Assembly: GCA_038087875.1 (NCBI GenBank)
Contig: CM075996.1
Coordinates: forward strand, 4,094,001-4,158,000
Source of the DNA: Malacoraja senta
Lineage: Eukaryota
Direction of reading: 5' to 3'
DNA: 64,000 nucleotides
Below the pieces are notes generated by a model. That model was given only the letters and a program-made list of their open reading frames with translations. It did no database searches and was not told where the DNA came from. The translations under genes were made by a program, and so were the position numbers. Each line of letters opens with the position of its first letter. Position 1 is the first letter of the stretch. This document shows positions 27,869 through 39,932 of the stretch, in pieces.

Positions 27869-27876
27869 TCTTGCAG

Positions 27877-27963
27877 CACATCAACGAGCTGACCATGAGG
27901 CTGAACATGGAGGACATCCTGTGCCGGGCGGAGGCCATTTACCAGCAACTGGCAGCCTGTCCG
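27877..27963 (+). CDS. TBC1D17: TBC1D17 penultimate coding exon, HINELTMRLNMEDILCRAEAIYQQLAACP
   Basis: ttgcag acceptor and gtgagt donor; 87 nt; resembles human HINELTMKLSVEDVLTRAEALHRQLTACP. Confidence 0.93.
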
Positions 27964-28480
27964 GTGAGTCTGGCCAGGGCCAGCCATGAGCAAAAGTTGT
28001 CCTAACGTTCCACTCGCCCCAGCGCTGCCCTCTCTCCCTTTGCGTAGAACGTGAGGCTGGGTGGGGTGGGATGAGGCTGGAGGCCTGGGTGAGGGTGGGG
28101 GGGGGGTCTGGACGGGATGGGGGTGAGGACGTCTGGATGGGGGGGAAGGGGGGTGGCAAGATTTGGATGGGGATGGGGGGCCAGGGGTAGGTCTGGTGGG
28201 GGATGAGAGGGGACGTCTAGTTAGGAATGGGAGGGGTCTGGATGGGAATGGGGGGGTAGGGGGAAGTCTGGATGGGAATGGGAGGTTGGGAATAGGGGGG
28301 GAGGGGCGGGCATGGGGGGGAATCTGGAAGAAGTGGGAATGGGGAGAGGGCTGGATGGGAATGGGGGAGGGAGGTCTGTGTGGAGATGGGGGTGGGGGGG
28401 GTCAGGATGGTGACCTCTCTTTTTCCATTGGCCTCCTTTACTTGCCATTCCTCCCACCATCTGATGTGGTTAGTCTTGGT

Positions 28481-29075
28481 CATAGAAACATAGACAATAG
28501 GTGCAGGAGGAGGCCATTCGGCCCTTCGAGCCAGCACCGCCATTCATTGTGATCATGGCTGATCGTCCCCTATCAATAACCCGTGCCTGCCTTCTCCCCA
28601 TATCCCTTGATTCCACCAGCCCCTAGAGCTCTATCTAACTCTCTCTTAAATCCAACCAGTGACTTGGCCTCCACTGCCCACTGTGGCAGGGAATTCCACA
28701 AATTCACAACTCTCTGGGTGAAAAAGTTTTTTCTCACCTCAGTCTTAAATGGCCTCCCCTTTATTCTAAGACTGTGTGTGGCCCCTGGTTCTGGACTCGC
28801 CCAACATTGGGAACATTTTTCCTGCATCTAGCTTGTCCAGTCCTTTTAAAATTTTATATGTTTCTATAAGATCCCCCCTCATCCTTCTAAACTCCAGTGA
28901 ATACAAGCCTAGTCTTTTCAAACTTTCCTCGTATGACAGTCCCGCCATCCCAGGGATCAATCTCGTGAACCTACGCTGCACTGCCTCAATCACAAGGATG
29001 TCCTTCCTCAAATTAGTAGACCAAAACTGTACGCAATACTCCAGATGTGGTCTCACCAGAGCCCTATACAACTGC
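28481..29075 (-). mobile_element. CR1 LINE 3' fragment
   Basis: LYRALVRPHLEYCVQFWS...RTRG in ORF 28766-29431 (-). Confidence 0.9.
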
Positions 29076-29213
29076 AGAAGAAATCCCACCGTGCCGATGG
29101 TTGATGTGTCACAGGGATGGGGAACTGTCGGTGGGAAGTTGTCTGTGGGGTTTGCCGGCCGAGCTGGTGCGATCTCACCCTGAGCCGACGTCTGCATTTT
29201 TCCCTTTCCGCAG

Positions 29214-29453
29214 CAGCTGCAGAGGAGCGTGCAACAGATCCTGGGACTGGCGGCGGAGGATGCCACCCCCACCCCCACCCCCAGCTCGGGCGCGGGCTCG
29301 GGCTCCGGACCGGGGAACTCCCCCCAGCCGCTCTCCCCCAGCCAGACGCACGAGTCCGAGCTCACGGACAGCGCCTCCCACAGCCTGCCCGACAGCAGCA
29401 TCGAGATCCTGCACACTGACGATGGAACCATCCAATCGACCCACAGCCCATAG
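29214..29453 (+). CDS. TBC1D17: TBC1D17 last coding exon, QLQRSVQQILGL...PDSSIEILHTDDGTIQSTHSP-stop
   Basis: ttccctttccgcag acceptor; TAG at 29451-29453; VQxILGL and PDSSxEIL motifs recalled from the TBC1D17 C-terminus. Confidence 0.9.
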   Translation, partial: QLQRSVQQILGLAAEDATPTPTPSSGAGSGSGPGNSPQPLSPSQTHESELTDSASHSLPDSSIEILHTDDGTIQSTHSP

Positions 29454-32400
29454 GTACCCGTGCCGGGGGGGGGGGGGGGTACCCCGTCCTTGAGAGGAAT
29501 CCCCCAACTCCCAACAAAGCATTTTCACCAAAGCCTTGACCAAGAGGATCACCCGAACAGCGGCTTTGGAAATTAGACTGAATCCATCCTGTTGGTTCCC
29601 TGACGCGGTCAATATCCTCCTAACTTATAAATACGTGTAATATTTATCACGAGAGATATAGACACAAAAATACTGGAGTAACTCAGCGGGACAGGCAGCC
29701 TCTCTGGCGGGAAGGAATGGGTGACGTTTCGGGTCGAGACCCTTCTTCAGACCAAACCCAAAACGTCACCCATTCCTTCTCTCCAGAGATGCTGCCTGTC
29801 CCCCCGCTGAGTTACTCCAGCTTTTTGTGTCTATATTCGGTTGAAACCTGCATCTGCAGTTCCTTCCTGCATTTAATATTTATCACAGTTCCCGAAGAAG
29901 CCAAATGGCGCCTTTCGAAGCAGTTACCCCCTTTCTAAATTATTTGGGTGCTCTGTCACAGCAGAATGCTCACAAGAGTCATAGTGCCGCAGAGTGGAAA
30001 CAGGCCCACGCTCGTCCCATCTGTGGAGGCTACGTTCTTGGACAGTGTGTATGTGTGTCACTCAACAGGCACGGTAGGGTTGCCACCTTACAGCGCTCAC
30101 AGCGCCGGAGACCCGGGTTCGACCCCGACTACGGGTGCTGTCTGTACGGAGTTTTGTACGTCCTCCCCGTGACCTGCGTGGGTTTTTATCCGAGATCTTC
30201 GGTTTCCTCCCACATTCCAAAGACGTGCAGGTTTGTAGGTAAATTGGCTTGGTGTAAGTGCAAATTGTCCCTTGTCTGTGTAGGATAGCGTTAGTGTGCG
30301 GGGATCGCTGGTCAGTGCGGGCTCGGTGGGAAGAATGGCCTATTTCCGCGCTGTATCTCCAAAATGAAATAAACGAAACTATTCACTCACCTTCTTTCGC
30401 ATCCATCTTCCATGTTTCAAATGTTGACCTCGCTGTCATCGTCCGTCCTGAAAAGGACGCAAGCTTCCGGCGACAATCAGCGGGAGCCATCACTTGTTGC
30501 AACAGATGATGGTGGTAGCAGAATTAGCTCGGGATACTTCCAGTCTCCAGCCCCCCCCGCGACGTGGACACTTCTGCTATGGGGCCAACTAATCACTTCC
30601 GGGCTGAGATATACGCTGAGGCATCCTCTACATTAGCTCTTCACCAAACTATTTTTGACGACTTGGACGGATTTGATGTTGGTGTTGTCTCTTCAAGAAT
30701 CCTTCTTCGTTATGAGCAAGGCTGTAAGATGTACAAAGCCAGAAGTCTTTTCTACCTGTATGTTTAATGGGGTATGATTATGCTGTATTTAAGTAATGGT
30801 TAAAGATTGTTCTCCTAGTTAGAAGTACATATATGACGATATGTGCTTTATACTATATGTGTAGTATATATTTGAATGAGCGGATAACAAATTGAAATTT
30901 CTCTTCCATTGTGCCAAACGAGACGGATGGTGAAATGTTCCTGATGTAACTCAAATTAAGTTGAAATATGAGAGATATTGTGCAATGTTGTCTTTTTCTT
31001 TCGCTCTCTCTTCCTCTCTCCTCTTCTGACGGAACCGTTTCCCCACCCCCCCCCCCCCCCCAGGGTGGAAAGGTCAAAGACTAGAGGGCATAGGTTCAAG
31101 GCAAGAGGTGGAAAGTGTAAAGGAGATGTGCGGTTGGTTTTTTGTATAGAGACTCGTGGGGGCCTTGTACGTGCTGCCAGGGGTGGTGGCGGAGGCAGAT
31201 GGAACAGTGGCGTTTGGGCACCACGGTGGCGCAGCGGGTAGAGTTGCTGCCTTGCAGCGCCAGAGGCCCGGGTTCGATCCTGACTATGGGTGCTGTCTGT
31301 ACATAGTTTGTACGTTCTCCCCGTGACCTGCAATGGTTTCTCCACCCCCCCCCCCCCCCATACTCCAAAGACATACAGGTTTATAGGTTAATTGGCGTTT
31401 GTAAAAATTGTCCCTATTGTGTGTGTGTAGGATACCGTTAGTGTGTGGGGATCGCTGGTCGGCGCGGACTTGATGGGCCGAAGGGCCTGTTTCCACGCTG
31501 CATCTCCGAACTAAAATAGGCTTTTAAATAGGCACAAGGATATGCAGTGAATGGAGCGATATGCGTCATGTGCAGGCAAACGGGACTAGTTTTACCTTGG
31601 CATCATGTTCTGCACAGGCGTGGGCCGCAGGTTTCCTGCGCTGTTTTTCTCTCCATCTCTGTACCCTCCCCATACACGTTTAATTGTGTGTTTTTTCTCA
31701 GTTTCCTGAAAAGAATTTTTAGAGATATATTGTGCTCCACGCTCCCAATCCCTAGTTAGTGTCGGGTGAACTGAGCCATCTATAGTTAGCAACGTCGCCA
31801 CGGGATGCAATGGGCTGTTGAAATCTCTCGCTTCAGGCAGCCAGTGGAGTGAAGATAGACACGAAACGCTGGAGTATCTCAGCGGGGCAGACCGATTCGG
31901 ACGCGAACCCCCCTGTTTGGTTGGGTTGGAAGGAGCTTTCCCTTGTGTCGAAAGGGCACTGTACCTGTCGGAAGGAACCGCAGGTGCGGGTTTAAACTGA
32001 AGAGAGACGCAAAAAGCTGGAGTAACTCAGCGGGTCAGGCAGCATCTCTGGAGAAGAGGACTAAGTGACGGTTTCAGGTCGAGACCCCATGTGGTCAATT
32101 GTTTATAGGAGCAGAATGAGGCCGTTCGGCCCATCGAGTCTACTCCGCCATTTAATCATGGCTGATCTATCACTCCCTCCTAACCCCATTCTCCTGCCTT
32201 CTCCACCATGATCCCTGACACCCGTAAATTGTCTTAGATTGGCTTACGGATGAAACAAGCCGTGAATAATAAATAGACTGTCAGTTCTTCAGACTGAGAG
32301 TCGGGGAGAATAGGGGAGAGATGTCGACGGTGATGTGGAGAGACTTGGCCTGGGATTGTGTAACGGGATGTTGTGGGGGAAGCTTTGCTCGGTATGGAAC

Positions 32401-32470
32401 CATTTTATTTCTTCGCGGCTGTTCCTGCCCTGGGGAGTATTTGATGAGGCAGCGTAGATAAAACCACTAA

Positions 32471-32666
32471 AGGGCCCGTCCCACTTTAGGCGACTGCCAG
32501 GGACTGGTTTTAATGGAATTCACTTACGACACCTGGCGACAACACCTACATCAACCTACGACAGCAAAAATTGTCGGCACTGTCGCCGAAATATTTTCAA
32601 CACGTTGAAAGTTTTGCGGTAGTCGCCTGTAGTCGCCAAAAAAAATCGCCTAAGTGGACGGGCCCA
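32471..32666. mobile_element. Harbinger-type MITE, short and degenerate
   Basis: TIRs agggcccgtcccactttaggcga and tcgcctaagtggacgggccca; TAA flanks. Confidence 0.75.
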
Positions 32667-33540
32667 TAAGTATTCAATCTACTTGGTGCCTTAATTGCTG
32701 TTTTAATTTCCTCATTCCCAAAACAACCCATATTACACTGGTTCAACAAAGGAAATGCTGTCATTGTTTCCGCATCATGACGGGCGGGGAAAGTGATGCA
32801 AACCCTGGAAAATGTTCCATGAATCAGCAATTTTGGACGATGGATGTCCGGTGACGTCTGAAATTGAAAGAAACTTTCCGAAGGATGGCCCTTTCCATTG
32901 AGTCATAGGGTGTGGAAACAGGCCCAGCTTGCCCACACGCTAAAAAACGTGCCCCATCTACACCAGTCCCGCTCACCTGCATTTCTGGTTCACATTCCTC
33001 TACACCTGTCCTATCCATGTACCTGTCCAAATGCCAAGAGTCCAGAGTGTTTTATTGTCATGTGTCCCAGATAGAACAACGAAATTCCAACTTGTGACAG
33101 AGCAACAGAATAGGTAAACATAGTACACTGAGTAAATAAACGAGAGGACATTTTTTTTCAGTGTGAGCGCACGCATACGTACACATACATACACACAAAA
33201 CAAACAATAGTCTCTTGTAGTTCAGAGCTTATTTGAGGTTGTAATGTTTAATAGCCTGATGGCTGGAGGGAAGAAGCTATCTCTTCAACGTTGCGATCGT
33301 CCCAGCCTCAACTACCTCCTGGACTGGAAGAAGGAACACTGAATTGAAGATCTCAAGACCGGCCACGTGGATAAGGGCCGGGCCCGTTTAATCCTGACCT
33401 CCACCACCGTCCTCTCATGTTGTGCCACTTTATCCCTTCACTTCCTTGCGTCCCCTCCACAGGTTGACAGCGTTGTTATAGGTTAACTACGACTCCTAGA
33501 TCTACAGCTTCGAGCTGCCAATAGTCTGGCCTCCTGCTTA

Positions 33541-33889
33541 AGGGCCTGTCCCACTTTCCCGAGTTATTCACGAATTCTCCCGAGTTTTCCCCTTGATTCA
33601 AACTCGCAGGATGTTCGTAACGAGTCCGTAGGAGGCCGTGGATATATCGTAGCGGCTCGTTATGTCAGCCGTAGGTACTCGGGGCTATGTTTTTACTCGT
33701 GGACATTTTTCAACATGCTGAAAAAACGTCCCGACTTACCTGATACCCCGAGTACATACGGCTGGCATAACGAGCCGCTACGATATATCCACGGACTCCT
33801 ACGGACTCGTTACGAACATCCTGCGAGTTTGAATCAAGGGGAAAACTCGGGAGAATTCGTGAATAACTCGGGAAAGTGGGACTGGCCCT
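33541..33889. mobile_element. Palindromic Harbinger-type MITE
   Basis: About 145-bp near-perfect inverted arms beginning agggcctgtcccact; TTA on both sides. Confidence 0.88.
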
Positions 33890-33942
33890 TTATAACTCGC
33901 CTGTTGTAATACTATCGAGCAGTCTTGTGACTTTAACACGGT

Positions 33943-33948
33943 AATAAA
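33943..33948 (+). terminator. Candidate polyadenylation signal (possible distal TBC1D17 3' end)
   Basis: AATAAA in unique sequence followed by GT/T-rich sequence. Confidence 0.35.
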
Positions 33949-34039
33949 ACTCAAATGTTTCTTGCACGCTGACCTGACTTTTTTATAAAAGCAATGTGCC
34001 CCCTTTTGTCACCCTTATCAGCAGACCTCCCCTGATTGT

Positions 34040-34350
34040 GGGTGAGCGGTAAACCAGATTTTCTCGGATCAGGTCGGAGCCTCGCGAGTCGACGAAGCTC
34101 GCGGCCAGTGGCCCCTGGGGTCGGCGGAGCCCGTGGCTGGAGCCCGCGAGGCATCCGGAGAGGACCCGGAAGTGATAGTGGTGAGGTCGGTGCGGCGGTC
34201 AATGATGGTGCTGACCGACGGACGAGGATGGACCACGTGGAAGTGACGTCGTCGCTGCCGGGGGAAGGAGCAAAGGAGGGCACAGCATGGGGGGGCCGCG
34301 TGAGGGAGGGGGAGGTGGGGGAGAACAAACGGGGACATGGCGCGGATACT
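34040..34350. promoter_or_regulatory. CpG-island-like promoter candidate
   Basis: High GC and CpG content; CCGGAAGTG, CACGTG, GGAAGTGACGTC and CTCGCGAG motifs. Confidence 0.6.
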
Positions 34351-34711
34351 TTGAGTGCCCTTTAGGTGGCGACTATTTGCATACCTTGGGTATGCAAGCT
34401 TAAGAAATTCACTGCGACTTGTCACATCTGACAATAAAGTATTCAGAAGATTAGACGCAAGGGGTGACCTGACAATTAGTTGTGGTAATGCTTGGTGTGT
34501 CATTCCACTGTGCTGTTTAATGATGCTGTGTACTGGTGGCACTGTGTCGGGGCCAGGAACTCTGCACAATTGTGCTTGTGGACACTCCAAAACATGTACA
34601 CATTTGTACTGTAGGTTAATTGGCTCGGTACAAATGTGAAATTGTCCCTGGTGTGTGTAGGATAGCGTTAGTGCGCGGGGATCGCTGGTCGGTGCAGACT
34701 TGGTGGGCTGA

Positions 34712-35280
34712 GTCAAGTCGGCATGTCAAGGAGGACTCTCTAACTTCTACAGGTGCACAGTAGAGAGCATGCTGACCGGTTGCATCGTGGTTTGGTTCAG
34801 CAACTTGAGCTCCCAGGAGCGGAAAAGACTACAAAAAGTAGTAAACACTGCCCAGTCCATCATCGGCTCTGACCTCCCCACCATCGAGGGGATCTATCGC
34901 AGTCGCTGCCTCAAAAAGGCTGGCAGCATCATCAAGGACCCACACCATCCTGGCCACACACTCATCTCCCAACTACCTTAAGGTAGAAGGTACAGGAGCC
35001 TGAAGACTGCAAGGTCCAGGTTCAGGAATAGCTGCTTCCCCACAGCCATCAGGCTATTAAACTCAACTCAAACAAAACTCTGAACATTAATAGACCATTG
35101 TCTGTTTATTTGCACCTTATCAGTTTATTTATTCATGTGTGTATATATACTGTATATTCAATGGTATTGGACACACTGATCTGTTCTGTATTCATGCCTA
35201 CTATGTTCTGTTGTGCTGAAGCAAAGCAAGAATTTCATTGTCCTATCTGGGACACATGACAATAAACTCTCTTGATCTTG
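34712..35280 (+). mobile_element. Rex1/Babar-like LINE 3' fragment nested in a V-SINE
   Basis: ORF 34769-34981; same family as 6103-6713; SINE sequence resumes at 35281. Confidence 0.8.
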
Positions 35281-36382
35281 AAGGGCCTGTTTCAGCGCTG
35301 TATCTCTAAATCAAACTTTAAAAAAGAACTAAACTAAACTAAATTATTCTGAAGAAGGGTCTCGACCCGAAACGTTGCCTATTTCCTTCGCTCCATGGAT
35401 GCTGCCTCGCCCGCTGAGTTTCTCCAGCATTTTTGTCTACCTTCGATTTTCCAGCATCCCCCCCCCCTCCCCCACCCAATCCTCCTAATCTCCTGGGAGA
35501 ATGGGTTCATTACATGGTTTCTGTCGGGAAGTGAAGGAAGGAAAGTGCAGAGAGGAAAGTGTGAAGGGATGAAGATAGTGCATCTCTGGTCTCCACGTCC
35601 ACTCAATCCAGGTGATGAATTCTCCACCCCCTGGCAAGCTGCAATCAAGACTGAGAAAGGCACAGTGAAATAATGCGAATGAGGAAGATCATGAAGATGT
35701 CATTGAATGGTAGTATGTGTAAGAAGGAACTGCAGATGCTGGTTTAAACCGAAGATAGACACAAAAAGCTGGAGTAACTGTTGGCCAAGCAGCATCTCTG
35801 GAGAGAAGGAATGGGTGACCTTTCAGGTCGAGACCTTTCTTTGAAACATCACTCATTCCTTCTCTCTATAGATGCTGCCTGTCCCACTGAGTTACTTTTC
35901 GTGTCTATCTATTGAATGGCAGAGCAGGTTCCAGGAACCAAATGGCCCTCTGTTCCATTTTCGCTTCATTTCATGAATGTGGCATGAATTTGTAATATGT
36001 TGGCAGGAACTGCAGATGCTGGTTTAAACCGAAGATAGACACAAAATGCTGGAGTAACTCGGCGGGACAGGCAGCATCTCTGGAGAGAAGGGATGGGTGA
36101 CGTTTTGGGTCGAGACACTTCTTCGGACTGAGAGTCAGGAGAGAGGGAGACTAGAGGGATAGATGATGTAGGGAGATAAAGAACTGAATGAAAGAAGACA
36201 TGCAAAAAAAAAAAGTGACAATGGAATCAAGGGATATGGGGAAAAAGCAGGAATGGGGTACTGATTTTATTGATCATATTGAATGGTGGTGCTGGCTCAA
36301 AGGGGCGAATGGCCCACTCCTGCACCTATTTTCTATGGTTTCTATCTATGATATATAGGAAACAAGGAGACTGGCTGTCTTT

Positions 36383-36400
36383 CACTGCCCCCTGCTGGTG
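36383..36400 (-). promoter_or_regulatory. CTCF-like motif
   Basis: Minus strand CACCAGCAGGGGGCAGTG matches CCASYAGRKGGCR. Confidence 0.55.
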
Positions 36401-38696
36401 CCAGCAAGGTGAGCAGTTTAGAAAAATATATACATGACCCTCTTGAAATGCAGTCACCTGTAAGAAATGTGGTGGCTAACTGCATGCAGGCCTTGCCCAG
36501 GTGCTGACAGTTCGTTGTTAACTCAAACTGTTCATAAACTGTACACTGTAGGAAGGAACTGCAGATGCTGGTCTACACCGTAGATAGACACAAAAAGCTG
36601 GAGTAACTCAGCGGGACAGGCAGCATCTGTGGAGAGAAGGAATGGGTACCTGAAGACCCGAAACGTCACCTATTCTTTTTCTCCAGAGATGCTGCCCGTC
36701 CTGCTGAGTTACTCTGGCTTTTTGTGTCTGTCTTCACCTATGACTTGCTCTCTCCTGTGTGATCATTAAACTCAAATGATTCCTTTTCGATTCGCCAGCC
36801 TGTACTAGGAGTAGGAGATTGTTCTAACGTGGCCAGTTAACCCACCAGCTCCACGTCATCAGGATATGAGAGGAGAATGGGGTGCCTGGTCTGGGAAAGA
36901 ATCTTCACACTCCATGCAGGCTTGAGATGGGCCTACCTGAGCTGCCGATGTTACCTGGATGTACACGCGCACATATCCACTCGTAACGCTGGCACCGTGT
37001 GTAACACTCGAGAGGGTTATCTCCCTCCGCTGCCTTTCTGATGAGACAGACACAAAATGCTTGAGTTACTCAGCGGGTCAGGCAGCATCTCTGGAAAAAA
37101 GGGATAGGTGACGTTTCGGGTTGGGACCCTTCTTCGGTTTGAGAGTCGGGGGAGAGGGAAACTGGAGGTATGAAAAGGCACAAACAAAAAAATCAGAGCC
37201 GGCGCTGGTGGCCAAGGAGCCCACAATGGTCCATTGTTGGCTGTGGAGGAGGTGATGTTGAGGGGATACGAACGTTGAAACTAGCAGGATGGCCAGGGTG
37301 GGTGGGGGGGGGGGGGGGGAATGGAGAGAGACGGATTGCAAGGGACTCTCAGTCTGAAGAAGGGCATAAAATTAAACTCAATCTAAGGGATAGTGTCAGT
37401 GTGCGGGGATCGCTAGTCGGCATAGACTCGGTGGGCTGAAGACCATAAGATCATAAATGATAGGACCAGAATTAAGCCATTTGGCCCATCAAGTCTACTC
37501 CACCATTCAATCGTGGCTGATCTATCTCTCCCTCTTAACCCCATTCTCCTGCCTTCTCTCCATAATACCTGATACCCGTACTAATCAAGAATCTATCTAT
37601 CTCTGCCTTAAAAAATATCCATTGACAAGGCCTCCACAGCATTCAGTGGCAAATAATTCCACAGATTCACCACCCTCTGACCAAAGAAATTTCTCCTCAT
37701 CTCCTTCCTAAAAGAACGTCCTTTAATTCTGAGGCTGTGACCTCTACTCCTAGATGCTCCCACTAGTGGAAACATCCTCTCCACATCCACGACTTCCACC
37801 GTTCTGTACGTTTCATCACCACTCCCCCCACCCCCCCCCCCCCCTCAATCTTCTAATCTCCAGCGAGTACAGGCCCAGTGCTATCAAACGCTCCTATGTA
37901 GAGGGCTTACTTCCTTCCGTGCTGTATCTCCAAACTAAACTAAGAACGTTGGTCGCATGAGATAGTGTTCTGAATAGTATAGCCTGCAGTTTGTTACGGG
38001 CAGGGTCTCTGCCTCAGAGGGCGGTGGAGGCAGGTTCTCTGGATGCTTTCAAGAGAGAGCTAGATAGGGCTCTTAAAAATAGCGGAGTCAGGGGATATGA
38101 GGTGAAGGCAGGAACGGGTACTGATTGGGGATGATCAGCCATGATCACATTAAATGGCGGTGCTGGCTCGAAGGGCCGAATGGCCTACTCCTGCACCTAT
38201 TGTCTATTGTCTATTGTCTCAGTTTAATATCACGGCTGAACAAAGGCAGCTCTGAACCTGGCTGGGATGACTTGCTTTAGCCTGTAATATGTCCGTAGTC
38301 ATTCAGGTCTGTTTGTTGTGGGTTAGCAGGTTGGGATTCTGCACTTACTTAACGTTCAATAATGAGACTCTTGTGGTTTGCGAATGACACACTCCATGCA
38401 CGAAACCGTTCTGCATGTGTGTGTGAAGATGTAATAAAAAGTAATAAACGCAGGTCCAACCGTTCAGTTAAACCTTCCCTCTCGGAAATCTCCGTGACAT
38501 GGGATGTCCAAAGACGTACAGGTTTGTCGGTTAATTGGGCCGGTATGCGTGTAAATTGTCCCTAGTGTGTGTAGGGTAGTGTTAGTGTGCGGGGATCGCT
38601 GGCTGGCATGGACTCGGTGGGCCGAAGGGCCTGTTTCCGCGCTGTATCTCTAAACTAAGCTAAACTAAAATACATGACAAAATACACACGTTAACG

Positions 38697-39137
38697 TATG
38701 GCATCTCTGTGCGCTATCTCAGCTGCGCGGAGGCGGAGAGGAGAGCTCTTCAGCGCGTCGTCCACAGAGCGCAGAGGATCATTGGGACAGAGCTACCAGC
38801 CTTGGAGGGCATCTACCACACACGGTGCCTCAGGAAGGCCGTCAGCATCCATAAGGACTCATCACACCCTTGTAACGGACTGTTTGAACTACTTCCCTCC
38901 AGCAGACGTTACAAGGCCTTCTACGCCCGAATCTCCAGACTCAGAAACAGCTTTAATCCAAGAGCTATAGTGGCTCTGAACCGGCCCTGCTGAGTGCCCC
39001 CCCACCCACCCTCCCTGGACAGTCTCCCTCGGATGGTCACGTCACTCAGCTTGCTTATTTATTTATCTTACTTTTCCTGTACATCGGTGGAGCTGCTTAC
39101 TAAATCTCGTTGCACTGACGTGCAATGACAATAAAAT
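38697..39137 (+). mobile_element. Rex1/Babar-like LINE 3' fragment
   Basis: ORF 38709-38993 ERRALQRVV...LPSSRRYK..RLRNSF. Confidence 0.8.
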
Positions 39138-39180
39138 ATATTATTATTATTCTTATGATTACAATCGAGCCATTTACAGT

Positions 39181-39305
<125 letters not shown>

Positions 39306-39414
39306 TGCACGGTGAAGGGAATAACGTCTATGTTTGGGTGCCCGTATAATGTGCGGAGAGGGGGCAAGGTTTACTCCGGTTTCCTCCCACATTTGCGAAG
39401 ACCTACAGGTTTGT

Positions 39415-39932
39415 AGATGCCAGCTGATCTACATCGGTGAGACCAAGCGGAGGCTTGGCGATCGTTTCGCCGAACACCTCCGGTCGGTCCGCAATAACCA
39501 ACCTGAACTCCCGGTGGCTCAGCACTTCAACTCCCCCTCCCATTCCGTATCTGACCTCTCTGTCCTGGGTCTCCTCCATGGCCACAGCGAGCAACACCGT
39601 AAATTGGAGGAAATGCACCTCATCATATTCCGCTTGGGCAGTCTACATCCTGGGGGCTTGAACATTGAATTCTCCCAATTCTGCTAGCCCTTGCTGTCCC
39701 CTCCCCTTCATCAGCCCTCTGGTTGTCTCCTCCCCTCCCCCAGCCCTCGGGCTCCTCCTCCGTCTTTTTCCTTTTTTCCTTTCTTCTCCCCACCCCCTAT
39801 CAGTCTGAAGAAGGGTTTCGGCCCGAAACGTTGCCTATTTCCTTCGCTCCATAGATGCTGCTGCACCCGCTGAGTTTCTCCAGCATTTTTGTGTACCTTC
39901 GATTTTCCAGCATCTGCAGTTCCTTCTTTAAC
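39415..39932 (+). mobile_element. Penelope-like element 3' fragment (GIY-YIG endonuclease) nested in a SINE
   Basis: CQLIYIGETKRRLGDRFAEH...VAQHFN...GLNIEF followed by the hammerhead-core repeat. Confidence 0.85.

Noticed and set aside
28766..29431. 221-aa minus-strand gene
   Set aside because: Chimeric frame made of the antisense of the TBC1D17 last exon plus a CR1 ORF2 fragment.
2108..29453. TBC1D15 as the gene identity
   Set aside because: NFEESQE, FRWLLIWFKREF, HINELTM and PDSSIEIL fit my recollection of TBC1D17 better. Reciprocal BLAST would confirm.
35612..35664. C/D box snoRNA (GTGATGA...CTGA)
   Set aside because: Too short, no terminal stem and no recognisable guide sequence.
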